From contig JAZQTV010000046.1 of the NCBI GenBank assembly GCA_045630945.1, positions 1 through 60,256 of the forward strand: a stretch of DNA of 60,256 bases, written 5' to 3'. Source of the stretch: Clostridia bacterium (GTDB lineage Bacteria; Bacillota; Clostridia; Christensenellales; QALW01). The notes below the pieces were generated by a model that worked only from the letters and a program-made list of their open reading frames with translations, had not been told where the DNA came from and searched no databases. The stretch's first letter is position 1. The number at the start of each line of letters is the position of its first letter. Made by a program: the position numbers and the translations under genes. Shown piece after piece: positions 36,757 through 49,555 of the stretch.

Positions 36757-37968
36757 ATGTCAAAAGGAAAATTTGCAAAAGATAACCCTTTATCTGATAT
36801 AATCCCATTAGAAGGAGCGTTTGTTTCTTCGTTTTTATCTGAAATCCCTCCCGTATATCTTAAGGTATACGTTTACCTTGTATATCTTTGCTATCACAGT
36901 GAAATAAAATCGGATTCAATACCTTCCATAGCGCAATACCTTAACTGTTCTGCAACGGATTTACTTGGCGCACTTGAATATCTGAACAAAAAACATTTGA
37001 TAAACTATACCGCTCAACCGTTTTCATATGAAATACAAAGCGCTACGGTTGCATCAAAGCATAACGATGCGTATTCTTCAAATTTACTTACGGCATATGC
37101 TGATTATTTTGCAGGAATCCGTGCATTGTTACCTTCAAGGAATATTTCTAACAGCGAATACGATAAAGCTCGCGATTGGATAGAAATTTTTGGCCTTTCA
37201 GTTGAAGCGGCACTATTGCTTGTGTCACATTGTATCGAATCAAAAGGCACAAACGTTTCATTTAACCATATCGATGCTATTGCGCGGTCGTGGGCAGACG
37301 AAGGCATTGTTACTCTTGATGCCGCAGAAAGCTATCTGCAACATTATCAGGCACGTACACACGAGGTATCAAAACTGTTGTTGCATTTAGGTATTAAACG
37401 TACACCTACTGTTGATGAAATTAACCTTTATCAAAATTGGACAAACGTATGGGGTTTTGATCTTAAAGCTATTAAAGCAGCTTGCAGCGAAACAACAAAA
37501 GCACTTACACCTTCCCTTGCGTACCTTAACAGAATTCTTGAAGGTCTTTATAAGCTTGGAATTAATGATGAAAAAAATATAAAGGCATATCTTCTTGAAT
37601 CCGATAACGACAGAAGACTTGCTTCCGCTATTTTGTCGCAAATGGGCGAACGCTCCCGCGCCGTTACAAGCGCTCATCTTGACGTTATTGCAAAATATAA
37701 AAATGCAGGCTTTAAAGATGACGTTTTAATTTTAATCGCAAAGCTCCTTTGTGAAAAAGGTATGCACACATTCCAAAAATATACTTTAAAATTAGAAGAA
37801 TTACTTAAAGAAAATGCATTGACAAGTGAGCAAATAAGCAAGCTCTTTGATCAAACACACGCTATAAAAGACGGAGCAAGTTATAAGAAAAACACACAGA
37901 TTTTTAAAGGCCGCGATGAAAAATACGGTGAAAATTTGGTTGATGATCCTGATAAATTGGAGGTTTAA
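36757..37968 (+). CDS. DnaD/DnaB-domain replication protein
   Basis: N-terminal winged-helix-like region (YLKVYVYL); DnaD-like repeats HIDAIARSWADEGI and YLNRILEG; ATG at 36757 after GGAGG; precedes a DnaC-like ATPase. Confidence 0.75.
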   Translation: MSKGKFAKDNPLSDIIPLEGAFVSSFLSEIPPVYLKVYVYLVYLCYHSEIKSDSIPSIAQYLNCSATDLLGALEYLNKKHLINYTAQPFSYEIQSATVASKHNDAYSSNLLTAYADYFAGIRALLPSRNISNSEYDKARDWIEIFGLSVEAALLLVSHCIESKGTNVSFNHIDAIARSWADEGIVTLDAAESYLQHYQARTHEVSKLLLHLGIKRTPTVDEINLYQNWTNVWGFDLKAIKAACSETTKALTPSLAYLNRILEGLYKLGINDEKNIKAYLLESDNDRRLASAILSQMGERSRAVTSAHLDVIAKYKNAGFKDDVLILIAKLLCEKGMHTFQKYTLKLEELLKENALTSEQISKLFDQTHAIKDGASYKKNTQIFKGRDEKYGENLVDDPDKLEV

Positions 37969-37970
37969 AA

Positions 37971-38882
37971 ATGAATCCACAGCTAATTAGCAAAATTGAA
38001 AATATGCTTCAACAAATTCGTTTTCAAACCGAGTTCAAATATAAGAACAATCTGCAACATTTCTATTCATTGCATCCCGACGTATTAGATCTTGAAAATA
38101 AAAAAAGGCTTGTAGCCTCTGATCGCTCATTAAAAAAAGAAGAAAAAAACAATGCTTTGAATGAAATAAACAAAAGTATCAATAATTATCTTTCAAAAAA
38201 TAACGTCTCTTTGCCCTGCCGTGAGTTCCTTTGCGAAAAATGCTTTGACAAGGGTTATTTAAATGATGGCAGCTTTTGTGATTGCTTTAAAAGAATGGCA
38301 GTTGACAACGCTATTAACAATAACGAGGACGTTAAAAATACACCAACGTTCGATGATTTTAACGATGATGTTTTTGATGAATCAATCCTTCCTACAATAA
38401 AAAAAATAAGGAACTTTTTTAGTGAATATTCAAACAAATTCCCGAACGTAAAAAAGTCAAACATATACATATACGGTAACACAGGTACAGGCAAAACGTT
38501 TTTACTTTCATGCTTATATAACGAATTAAAAAGACGCGGTATTTCCGTAATATACGTAACAGCAGGCAAGCTTTTTGATATGTTACGCAAGTATGCTTTA
38601 AATCAAATTGAAGATATTGACCTGTTACTTGATACAGAAATGCTTATTATTGACGATTTAGGTACTGAGCCTATGTTCAATAACATTACAATTGAATATA
38701 TGTTTCTTTTGTTTAACGAGCGTAAAAAGAACGACAAAGCAACGTGTATTTCGTCAAACCTTGATTTAGAAAAATTAAAAATGCAATATAACGAACGTAT
38801 TGCTTCACGTATTATTGATAAGCCCACCACAAGCATTATAAATATGCCGGGTAAAGATTTGAGGACCACAAACTATGTTTAA
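37971..38882 (+). CDS. DnaC/DnaI-family helicase-loader ATPase
   Basis: CEKCFDKGY...CDC zinc site, YGNTGTGKT, LIIDDLGTE, ISSNL, ERIASRI, GKDLR. Confidence 0.88.
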   Translation: MNPQLISKIENMLQQIRFQTEFKYKNNLQHFYSLHPDVLDLENKKRLVASDRSLKKEEKNNALNEINKSINNYLSKNNVSLPCREFLCEKCFDKGYLNDGSFCDCFKRMAVDNAINNNEDVKNTPTFDDFNDDVFDESILPTIKKIRNFFSEYSNKFPNVKKSNIYIYGNTGTGKTFLLSCLYNELKRRGISVIYVTAGKLFDMLRKYALNQIEDIDLLLDTEMLIIDDLGTEPMFNNITIEYMFLLFNERKKNDKATCISSNLDLEKLKMQYNERIASRIIDKPTTSIINMPGKDLRTTNYV

Positions 38883-40278
38883 AACAGAAGTATTTACACA
38901 GGACCGCGCAATTGAAAAAGTAAGAAGAGCAATTGATACCTACGGATTGATACCCGAGAACTCTCCCGTTATCGTAGGTTTATCAGGCGGTACAGATTCT
39001 GCTTTTCTTGTATACGCACTTTATAAATTAAGATATGAGATGATATGTGTTCACGTTGAACACGGAATGAGACCCAACGATTCATCAAGCGATTCGTTAT
39101 CTGTTCATAAGCTTTGTGAAAGATTTGGTGCCAAGCTTTTTATTGAGCATATAGAAATCAATGAAAAAAAGCTTAAACACAAGGAATCAGTTGAAACCGT
39201 TGCAAGAAATGAGCGCTATAAGATTTTTGAGAAATATTCAAAAGAGTATAACGATGCGCCCATCGCCGTTGCACACCACGCCAACGATCAGGTGGAAACC
39301 ATATTGATAAACATTGCGCGCGGATGCGGCTTACGCGGTTTGTGCGGTATGCGCTATAAGAACGGTAACATTATAAGACCAATGCTTGATGTCAACCGTT
39401 ATGAAGTTGAAAATTACAACTATACATACGATATTCCCTGCGTAACAGATTCAACAAATTACTACTATAATTTAGTCAGAAATAATATCCGTCATTTGAT
39501 TTTAACCGAAACCTGTAAAACTTTTGAGTGTAATCTTACGGATAAAATCACTTCGCTTTCTGAAACGATGCACGATTACAGAGAGTACTTTGAAAATTTA
39601 ATGGATGAATATCAAAAGGATTTTCAATACGACGACTACTGTTTGTATTTCAAGATAGATGAAAAATTACCGCGAATTGTGTTTATTGAGCTTATTCAGC
39701 GTGCAATAAACGTATTAAACGGCAATATTTTGGATTTAAGCAAGGCGCATTTATTTAAAATATATAATTTAGCGCACGGTGCATCAGGCAAACTGATTCA
39801 ATTGCCCAACGGCATAATGATTAAAAAATGTAACGAAAAGCTCGTTTTTATTAAACCTGTTCCCTACGTTGGATTTGAATTCACCTTCAAGCCTGAGCGT
39901 TCATATCCTTGGCAGACACATTTCTTACGCAGCAAATTTGTAGATAAGCTTGAGAAAAAAACAAGGATTTTATATTATGATATAAAGAAAGTTCGAGCAA
40001 ACAGCTTTGAATGCATCGACTTTGATAAATTACCCAAATCGGATTTAAAAATACGTACTCGCAGACCTAAAGACTTTATATATCCCCTCGGTGCAGAAGG
40101 TAAGTGTACGTTAAAGAAGCTTATGATTGACAAAAAATATCCGGAATACACCCGTGATTTCGTTCCTGTTTTAGCGCATAAAAACGAAATTTTGGCAGTA
40201 ATTGGCGTTGCGGTTTCCGAAAAAGTAAAGGTTGACGAAAACACAAAACGTATTATTAAAATTTATGAGGAGTTTTAA
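38875..40278 (+). CDS. tilS: tRNA(Ile)-lysidine synthetase
   Basis: PP-loop SGGTDS, ETVARNERY, AHHANDQVET, IIRPML, DSTN, RNNIR; precedes hpt-ftsH. Confidence 0.93.
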   Translation: MFKTEVFTQDRAIEKVRRAIDTYGLIPENSPVIVGLSGGTDSAFLVYALYKLRYEMICVHVEHGMRPNDSSSDSLSVHKLCERFGAKLFIEHIEINEKKLKHKESVETVARNERYKIFEKYSKEYNDAPIAVAHHANDQVETILINIARGCGLRGLCGMRYKNGNIIRPMLDVNRYEVENYNYTYDIPCVTDSTNYYYNLVRNNIRHLILTETCKTFECNLTDKITSLSETMHDYREYFENLMDEYQKDFQYDDYCLYFKIDEKLPRIVFIELIQRAINVLNGNILDLSKAHLFKIYNLAHGASGKLIQLPNGIMIKKCNEKLVFIKPVPYVGFEFTFKPERSYPWQTHFLRSKFVDKLEKKTRILYYDIKKVRANSFECIDFDKLPKSDLKIRTRRPKDFIYPLGAEGKCTLKKLMIDKKYPEYTRDFVPVLAHKNEILAVIGVAVSEKVKVDENTKRIIKIYEEF

Positions 40279-40279
40279 A

Positions 40280-40828
40280 ATGAATATACCTGAAGATAAA
40301 ATTAATCTTATGATTTCTTATGACGAGATGCAGATGCGCATAAACGAAATTGCAGAACAAATTAACAAAGATTACAAAGGAAAATCTTTGCTTGTTGTGG
40401 GAATATTAAAGGGTGCAGTTCTTTTTTATGCAGATCTTGTACGCAAGCTTGATATGGATATTCAGTTTGATTTTATGACTATTTCAAGCTATGGAAATTC
40501 CACCGAGTCGACCGGCGAGGTTAAAATTAGAAAGGATCTTGATAATTCAATAAACGATAGACACGTGCTTATTGTCGAAGATATAATTGATTCAGGCTTA
40601 ACCTTAACAAATTTAAAGGAAGTGCTTTACACAAGAAAGCCCGCCTCAATTAAAATATGCTGTATGCTTGATAAGCCTTCACGCAGAAAGGTTGAGATAA
40701 AGCCGGATTATTGTTGCTTTGAAATTCCCGATAAATTTATCGTTGGATATGGTCTTGATTATGCCGAAAATTACAGACAACTTAAAGACGTATGCTACAT
40801 TGATCCCGAATTCGCAAAGACCTTATAA
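40280..40828 (+). CDS. hpt: Hypoxanthine phosphoribosyltransferase
   Basis: GILKGA, SSYG, VLIVEDIIDSGLTL, FIVGYGLDYAE. Confidence 0.96.
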   Translation: MNIPEDKINLMISYDEMQMRINEIAEQINKDYKGKSLLVVGILKGAVLFYADLVRKLDMDIQFDFMTISSYGNSTESTGEVKIRKDLDNSINDRHVLIVEDIIDSGLTLTNLKEVLYTRKPASIKICCMLDKPSRRKVEIKPDYCCFEIPDKFIVGYGLDYAENYRQLKDVCYIDPEFAKTL

Positions 40829-40883
40829 TATTACATTCTTCTACATACAATAATATTATTACACTTATGTTTCACATATATTT

Positions 40884-40914
40884 CATTGATAGAATCAATG
40901 TTTGATGTTATAAT
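40884..40914 (+). promoter_or_regulatory. Sigma-A promoter of ftsH with an overlapping palindrome
   Basis: TTGATA-17 nt-TATAAT with extended TG; CATTGAT-AGA-ATCAATG at 40884-40900. Confidence 0.6.
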
Positions 40915-40946
40915 ATTAAGGATAAATTTTTTGAAAGGATCTATAA

Positions 40947-42908
40947 ATGAAAAAACGTTTTATTTATACGCTTGCCTATATTGCACTTATAGTAATAGTT
41001 TTAGTTTTTGTGTTTGGCGGCACACAAAACAAATCATTAACACAGAAAGATATTTCGTCATCTGATTTTAATAATAAATTACAAAATGACGAATTATTAT
41101 ACGTTCTTGTTGTAAACGAAAGTACAGTTTACGGTATAACAAAAGAGAACGTTAATAAAATCGATCTGACAAAAGAGCACGAAAAGCTCAACTCTGACGT
41201 AAAGAAAAAATACGAATTAAAGGCCTCTATAACGTATACAGATGAATTTGAGAAAAAATTAAACGAAGCGAAGAGCAGAAACGTTGAATTCAACTTTGAT
41301 ACCCAATACGTTTCAGCACCGTGGTACGTTGAATTTTTACCCTATATCTTCTTGCTTTTAATCATAGGTGTTACTCTGTTCTTCTTTATTTCTCAATCAT
41401 CGGGTAACGGAAAAGCAATGCAATTCGGTCGTTCAACAGCAAAGCTGTACGATGATAGCAAAAAGCGAGTTACGTTTGGGGACGTTGCGGGTGCAGATGA
41501 AGAAAAGGAAGAGCTTGCAGAAATAGTTGAATTTTTAAAGACTCCCGATAAATTTACGAAAATGGGTGCAAAAATCCCCCGTGGTGTGCTTCTTGTAGGC
41601 CCTCCAGGAACAGGTAAAACTCTTTTAGCCAAATCAGTTGCAGGTGAAGCTGGCGTTCCGTTCTTCTCAATTACAGGTTCTGATTTTGTTGAGCTATACG
41701 TTGGTATCGGCGCTGCACGTGTTCGTGATTTATTTAATCAGGCAAAGAAAAATTCACCCTGTATTATCTTTATTGACGAAATTGATGCCGTTGGCAGAAG
41801 AAGAGGCTCCGGTATTGGCGGTGGCCATGATGAACGTGAGCAAACACTTAACCAATTGCTTGTTGAAATGGACGGCTTTGTTGGTAATGAAGAAGGCATA
41901 ATAATTATGGCTGCAACAAACCGTGCCGACATACTTGACCCTGCGCTTTTACGTTCAGGAAGATTTGACCGTCAGATAAACGTTCTTCCCCCTGATACAA
42001 AGGGACGTGAGGAAATATTTAATATTCATGCAAGAAACAAGAAATTTGCTGACGACGTATCTGCAAAAGAGGTTGCACTTCTTACTTCAGGCTTTGTAGG
42101 CGCTGATATTCAAAACTTATGTAACGAAGCTGCCTTGCTCGCAGTAAGAAGAAACCACGAGCTTATAACTATGCAGGACGTTAAGGATTCAATTACCCGC
42201 GTTATAATGGGTCCTGAAAAGAAATCGCATAAAACAAGCCCGCAACAAAGAAAACTTGTAGCATATCACGAAGCAGGACACGCAATAGTCGCAAAGGCTC
42301 TCGAGCATTGCGATCCTGTTACCGAGGTTTCTATTATACCTCGCGGTGGCGCAGGTGGCTACACTCTCACCCGCCCCGATGAAGAATCCGAAACCTACTC
42401 AAGATTATATATTCTTGACAGAATAACAATGTGCTTAGGTGGACGTGCTGCTGAAAAGCTTATTTTAGGCGACGTATCAACAGGTGCATCATCAGATATC
42501 CGTCACGCAACAGAGCTTGCAAAGGGCTACGTAACAAAGTACGGTATGTACGACGAAATAGGCCCGATTTACCTTGGCGATAGCGGCGGTGATGAAATAT
42601 TTATCGGCAGAGATTTCGCGACTCAAAAGGGCTATTCTGAGGCTTTATGCGCAAAGGTTGATTCTGCAATTCACGATATAATCGTTTCGTGCGATAAAAA
42701 GGCTTTTGATATTCTTGTTGAGAAAAAAGAAGTTCTCGATAATCTTGCTGAAGTTCTTCTTGATATGGAAAAGATCACAGGCGAGCAGTTCGACCGTATT
42801 TTTAACGGAACAACTCTTGAAGATTTAAAAAAGGAAGTTGAGGCTTCCACAAAGGATTCAATTAAAGAAGATCCGGAAAAGGATTCCGAAGATAATAAAT
42901 CCGAATAA
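40947..42908 (+). CDS. ftsH: ATP-dependent zinc metalloprotease
   Basis: 2 [40 protein letters not shown]. Confidence 0.98.
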   Translation: MKKRFIYTLAYIALIVIVLVFVFGGTQNKSLTQKDISSSDFNNKLQNDELLYVLVVNESTVYGITKENVNKIDLTKEHEKLNSDVKKKYELKASITYTDEFEKKLNEAKSRNVEFNFDTQYVSAPWYVEFLPYIFLLLIIGVTLFFFISQSSGNGKAMQFGRSTAKLYDDSKKRVTFGDVAGADEEKEELAEIVEFLKTPDKFTKMGAKIPRGVLLVGPPGTGKTLLAKSVAGEAGVPFFSITGSDFVELYVGIGAARVRDLFNQAKKNSPCIIFIDEIDAVGRRRGSGIGGGHDEREQTLNQLLVEMDGFVGNEEGIIIMAATNRADILDPALLRSGRFDRQINVLPPDTKGREEIFNIHARNKKFADDVSAKEVALLTSGFVGADIQNLCNEAALLAVRRNHELITMQDVKDSITRVIMGPEKKSHKTSPQQRKLVAYHEAGHAIVAKALEHCDPVTEVSIIPRGGAGGYTLTRPDEESETYSRLYILDRITMCLGGRAAEKLILGDVSTGASSDIRHATELAKGYVTKYGMYDEIGPIYLGDSGGDEIFIGRDFATQKGYSEALCAKVDSAIHDIIVSCDKKAFDILVEKKEVLDNLAEVLLDMEKITGEQFDRIFNGTTLEDLKKEVEASTKDSIKEDPEKDSEDNKSE

Positions 42909-42916
42909 AAAACATT

Positions 42917-42947
42917 AAAAGGGAAAGTCATTACACTTTCCCTTTTT
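42917..42947 (+). terminator. ftsH terminator
   Basis: AAAAGGGAAAGT-N6-ACTTTCCCTTTT. Confidence 0.75.
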
Positions 42948-42955
42948 ACAAGATT

Positions 42956-43441
42956 ATGAAAAACAAAAAGAAAAACAAAAGAAAACTTAATGCTTTACTT
43001 TTATTCCCTACGTTGCTAATTTTAATTCCGCCGTTTATATTTTTAATATTAACGTGTGTGCGTTATTTTAAAACGGGCGCGTTTAATTATTTTACGAACT
43101 ACTTTTACTTTTTTCAGGTAGTAAAAAATATTAAAGAATATATTTTCCCAGCCATTTTATTTTTAGTTTTTGGTGTATTGATTGTGTGCATAAACAAGCT
43201 TATTACTAGAAAAGCTTTAAAAAACCACGTATGGATAGTATTAGGTATTGTCGGAACACTCATTATCCTTCTTGGCGAAAGGTTACTGTTTTTAATATAT
43301 AACAATTATTCATTAAGCAACCAAGTAATGCTTTTTTTATTAAACGGAATGAACGTTTATACGATAACATTTTCTTTAGAGATTTCACTGCTCGTATGCT
43401 TGTTTATGAACTATATCGATATAAAGTTTTTAAACAAATAA
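42956..43441 (+). CDS. Hypothetical membrane protein (about 4 TM)
   Basis: 161-aa hydrophobic ORF filling the gap; weak RBS. Confidence 0.55.
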   Translation: MKNKKKNKRKLNALLLFPTLLILIPPFIFLILTCVRYFKTGAFNYFTNYFYFFQVVKNIKEYIFPAILFLVFGVLIVCINKLITRKALKNHVWIVLGIVGTLIILLGERLLFLIYNNYSLSNQVMLFLLNGMNVYTITFSLEISLLVCLFMNYIDIKFLNK

Positions 43442-43446
43442 AACAG

Positions 43447-43475
43447 TTGCTTTTTTTTATAAACAATGTTATTAT
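43447..43475 (+). promoter_or_regulatory. Sigma-A promoter of the SRP RNA
   Basis: TTGCTT-17 nt-TATTAT with extended TG. Confidence 0.6.
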
Positions 43476-43486
43476 ATATATGCAAG

Positions 43487-43613
43487 TTGCTTGTAAACTT
43501 GCATTGGATTCTGCGCAATGTGCTGTTGTGAACCATGTCAGGGTCGGAAGGCAGCAGCATTAAGCAAATTTGCACATGTGCCGCAGGTCAATCTGATGCA
43601 AGTTTACAAGCAA
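43487..43613 (+). ncRNA. ffs: Signal recognition particle RNA (4.5S/scRNA), short form
   Basis: Helix-8 core GAACCATGTCAGGGTCGGAAGGCAGCAGCAT (43530-43560) with GGAA tetraloop; 18-bp terminal stem TTGCTTGTAAACTTGCAT / ATGCAAGTTTACAAGCAA followed by a T-run. Confidence 0.93.
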
Positions 43614-43625
43614 TTTTTTTAAATA

Positions 43626-44096
43626 TTACTTAACCAACGAGGTAACGGTTGCTTTTACAAAACCAATTATATCCTTTGTGTTAATTTTAATGGCAAGTCC
43701 CTTTGCCCCCGCGGATATATATATTTCCTGTAAATTATTTATATATTCATCGAAAAATACAGGATAGTTTTTCTTCATACCAACAGGCGTACAAGCACCG
43801 CGCACGTACCCAGCAATATTCAACAAATCCTTTACGTGAATCATTTCACAACTTTTATCTGAAAAAGCAGCAGCAGCTTTTTTTAAGTCAAGCTCCTTAT
43901 CAACAGGGATACAGCAAACAAAAATACCGTTTCTGTTCCCCTTAAGCACAAGCGTTTTAAAAAAAGTAGAATAAGGTATATTTAAGTATTCAGCCGCGTG
44001 TGTACCAGCAAGATCTTCCTCATTATATTTATATTCGTAAACGTCAAATTTAATTTTTGAGGCACTTAACAATCTTATTGCATTAGTTTTTGTCAT
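43626..44096 (-). CDS. ybaK: Cys-tRNA(Pro) deacylase
   Basis: KTNAIRLL, FKTLV, ELDLKKAA, GYVRGACTPVGMKK, ISAG. Confidence 0.92.
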   Translation of the reverse strand: MTKTNAIRLLSASKIKFDVYEYKYNEEDLAGTHAAEYLNIPYSTFFKTLVLKGNRNGIFVCCIPVDKELDLKKAAAAFSDKSCEMIHVKDLLNIAGYVRGACTPVGMKKNYPVFFDEYINNLQEIYISAGAKGLAIKINTKDIIGFVKATVTSLVK

Positions 44097-44206
44097 AAAA
44101 TCACCCTTTGTTTTTTTATAGTTTACATCATTTTTTTATTTAATGCAACTCAATCTTGACTTAATACAGTACTATAATGTATAATAAAATAAATATGGAG
44201 GTTAAT

Positions 44207-44818
44207 ATGAAAAAAGAAAAGCTTATAATCACGTTGCTTACAATTTCCGCACTAATATGTGCTGTTGGTACGTTTTTTGCATTATTAAATACAAATATAA
44301 TGTATCACATTTTTGGCGATTTTGCAGTGTTTGCAATGCTAATATTACCGTTTATTGCATTGGTCATCCTGATAATCTCAAGCGTACTTATTTTCAAAAA
44401 CAACAAAATATCATTTATTCTTCCTGTTTCGACCGCGCTTATCGGATGCTTACTTGCTTTTGTGCTTGTTAATGATGCATCAATGTCAAAGCTTGAATCT
44501 GATTATTTAAAACATGAAATAACTTTAAAAAATGAAGTAAACAAGCTTTCTTCAATCGAAGTTCCCTCAGGAACTTATTCAATTGATAACAAGGATTTAA
44601 AATGGTTATTACCCGAAAGCAAGGTGCAAAAGGTTGCACTTGGAAACAACGATTACGCATATTTCTTTATTGCACTTGAGACGTCAAACCGTTATGAGGG
44701 TTACGTTTATATACCTGACGGAACGCCTTACGATTGGGATGCATACGGAGAATTTACCGAGCCTTTAGATATCGAAAAAACATGGCACTATATGTCATTG
44801 CCTAAAATCGAGGAGTAA
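44207..44818 (+). CDS. Hypothetical membrane protein (3 TM plus soluble domain)
   Basis: ATG at 44207 after GGAGG; three hydrophobic segments; sigma-A-like promoter TTGACT-18 nt-TATAAT upstream. Confidence 0.75.
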   Translation: MKKEKLIITLLTISALICAVGTFFALLNTNIMYHIFGDFAVFAMLILPFIALVILIISSVLIFKNNKISFILPVSTALIGCLLAFVLVNDASMSKLESDYLKHEITLKNEVNKLSSIEVPSGTYSIDNKDLKWLLPESKVQKVALGNNDYAYFFIALETSNRYEGYVYIPDGTPYDWDAYGEFTEPLDIEKTWHYMSLPKIEE

Positions 44819-44822
44819 GAAA

Positions 44823-45449
44823 ATGATTAAAATTGAACGTACAGACGTAATGAATTTTGAAAACGCTATCCGCGGTGCGCGCAATCCATTAAACAGTTGG
44901 GAGCGTTCCGATAGCAAGTATGACGAAAACGGCAACTACATTCTTGGTAATAACGATCTTGATCTTGCAAAGCGTTTGTCAAGTGCAGGAACCGATCACC
45001 GCAAGTTTATGCGTATGATTTTCGTGTCAGTCGATATTACTGCCCCATTATATTGGTGGAAAGAATTTGATACCTATAAGGTTGGTACGGTTGCAAACAG
45101 TTGCTCAACAATGCACAAAATACATTCAAAAAAGCTTACTTATGATGATTTTTCTTTTGATAAGCTTAATGAAGAGTCATTAAAAATGATGGATTCTCTT
45201 CTTGACTACTTTGAAAGCATCAGGGTTAAGTACCTTGAAACAAAGGATAAGGCGCTTTGGTACAATATGATTCAGTTATTGCCCTCTAGTTTTAACCAGA
45301 TGCGTACGGTAACAATGAACTATGAGAACCTTAGAAATATGTATTTTGCAAGAAAATCACATAAATTAGACGAATGGCACGTTTACTGTGATTGGATTAA
45401 AACCCTCCCCTATGCTAAAGAATTAATTATCGGTGATGACAATGAGTGA
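44823..45449 (+). CDS. Divergent ThyX-fold (flavin-dependent thymidylate synthase-like) protein
   Basis: Pattern GTDHRKFMR...ITAPLYWWKEFDTYK...NSCSTMH and QLLPSSFNQMRTVTMNY...R..HKLDEW aligns by eye to the ThyX layout; RHRx7S motif absent. Confidence 0.6.
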   Translation: MIKIERTDVMNFENAIRGARNPLNSWERSDSKYDENGNYILGNNDLDLAKRLSSAGTDHRKFMRMIFVSVDITAPLYWWKEFDTYKVGTVANSCSTMHKIHSKKLTYDDFSFDKLNEESLKMMDSLLDYFESIRVKYLETKDKALWYNMIQLLPSSFNQMRTVTMNYENLRNMYFARKSHKLDEWHVYCDWIKTLPYAKELIIGDDNE

Positions 45450-46389
45450 TATTTTATACGTTACTGTTCCGTGCTATAACGAAGAAGCTGTTTTACCCGA
45501 AACATCAAAGCGTTTAAAGGAAAAGCTTAGCTCATTAATAGAAAAAGATGTTATAAGTTCTAATAGCCGTATTCTTTTTATTGACGACGGCTCAAAAGAT
45601 AAAACGTGGCAGTTAATATCTGAGCTTTGCAATTCGGACAGTATCTTTTCGGGAATTAAGTTAGCCCACAACAAAGGTCATCAAAACGCACTTCTTGCAG
45701 GCTTGATGACAGCAAAAGAATATGCTGACATCGTTATTTCAATGGATGCCGATCTTCAAGACGACATAAACGTTGTTGATAAATTTATTGAAGAATATAA
45801 AAACGGAAGCGATATTGTTTACGGTGTGCGCTCCTCAAGAAAGACCGATACTGCATTTAAGCGTTCAACGGCACTTGCGTACTACCGCATCCTGCAAAAA
45901 ATGGGTGTTGATATCGTATATAATCACGCTGATTATAGGCTTATGAGCAAGCGCGCCCTTAATGCGCTTGAGCAATTTAAGGAGGTTAACCTTTTCTTAC
46001 GCGGCATCGTTCCTATAATTGGTTATAAAACATCCGTTGTTGAATATGAACGCAGCGAACGTTTTGCCGGCGAAAGTAAGTATCCCTTAAAGAAGATGCT
46101 TGCCTTTGCAATAGACGGAATAACATCCTTCAGCATTAAGCCCATTAGATTCATTACAGCATTAGGCTTTATAATCTTTATATTAAGCTTTGCAATGCTT
46201 ATATACGCTATTATATCAAAGCTTTTAAATAACGCTGATAGCGGTTGGGCTTCACTTATGTGTTCGATATGGATGATTGGTGGTATTCAGCTGTTATCAC
46301 TTGGCATAATTGGTGAATATATCGGCAAAATATATAACGAAACAAAGTCACGTCCACGCTTCATAATAGAAGAATTCATAAACAACTAA
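45442..46389 (+). CDS. GT2 polyprenol-phosphate glycosyltransferase (GtrB/CsbB/YkoT-like)
   Basis: VPCYNEE, IDDGSKD, NKGHQNALLAG, MDADLQDD, ADYRLMS, RFAGESKY; 2 C-terminal TM. Confidence 0.92.
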   Translation: MSDILYVTVPCYNEEAVLPETSKRLKEKLSSLIEKDVISSNSRILFIDDGSKDKTWQLISELCNSDSIFSGIKLAHNKGHQNALLAGLMTAKEYADIVISMDADLQDDINVVDKFIEEYKNGSDIVYGVRSSRKTDTAFKRSTALAYYRILQKMGVDIVYNHADYRLMSKRALNALEQFKEVNLFLRGIVPIIGYKTSVVEYERSERFAGESKYPLKKMLAFAIDGITSFSIKPIRFITALGFIIFILSFAMLIYAIISKLLNNADSGWASLMCSIWMIGGIQLLSLGIIGEYIGKIYNETKSRPRFIIEEFINN

Positions 46390-46418
46390 AAAAACATCCG
46401 AGAAATCGGATGTTTTTA
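46390..46418. terminator. Bidirectional terminator
   Basis: AAAAACATCCGA-GAAA-TCGGATGTTTTT. Confidence 0.8.
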
Positions 46419-46420
46419 TT

Positions 46421-49504
<3,084 letters not shown>

Positions 49505-49555
49505 TTTAAATATATTGATTAATTGAACTATATTGACTCAATGCGGAGAAATAAT

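Noticed and set aside
36757-38882. DnaD plus DnaC pair as a prophage replication module
   Set aside because: Coupled to tilS-hpt-ftsH, with no integrase, structural or lysis genes in the window
44823-46389. ThyX-like plus GT2 as a phage DNA hypermodification system
   Set aside because: The GT2 is the membrane-anchored polyprenol-phosphate type and there is no phage context; kept only as a ThyX-fold finding
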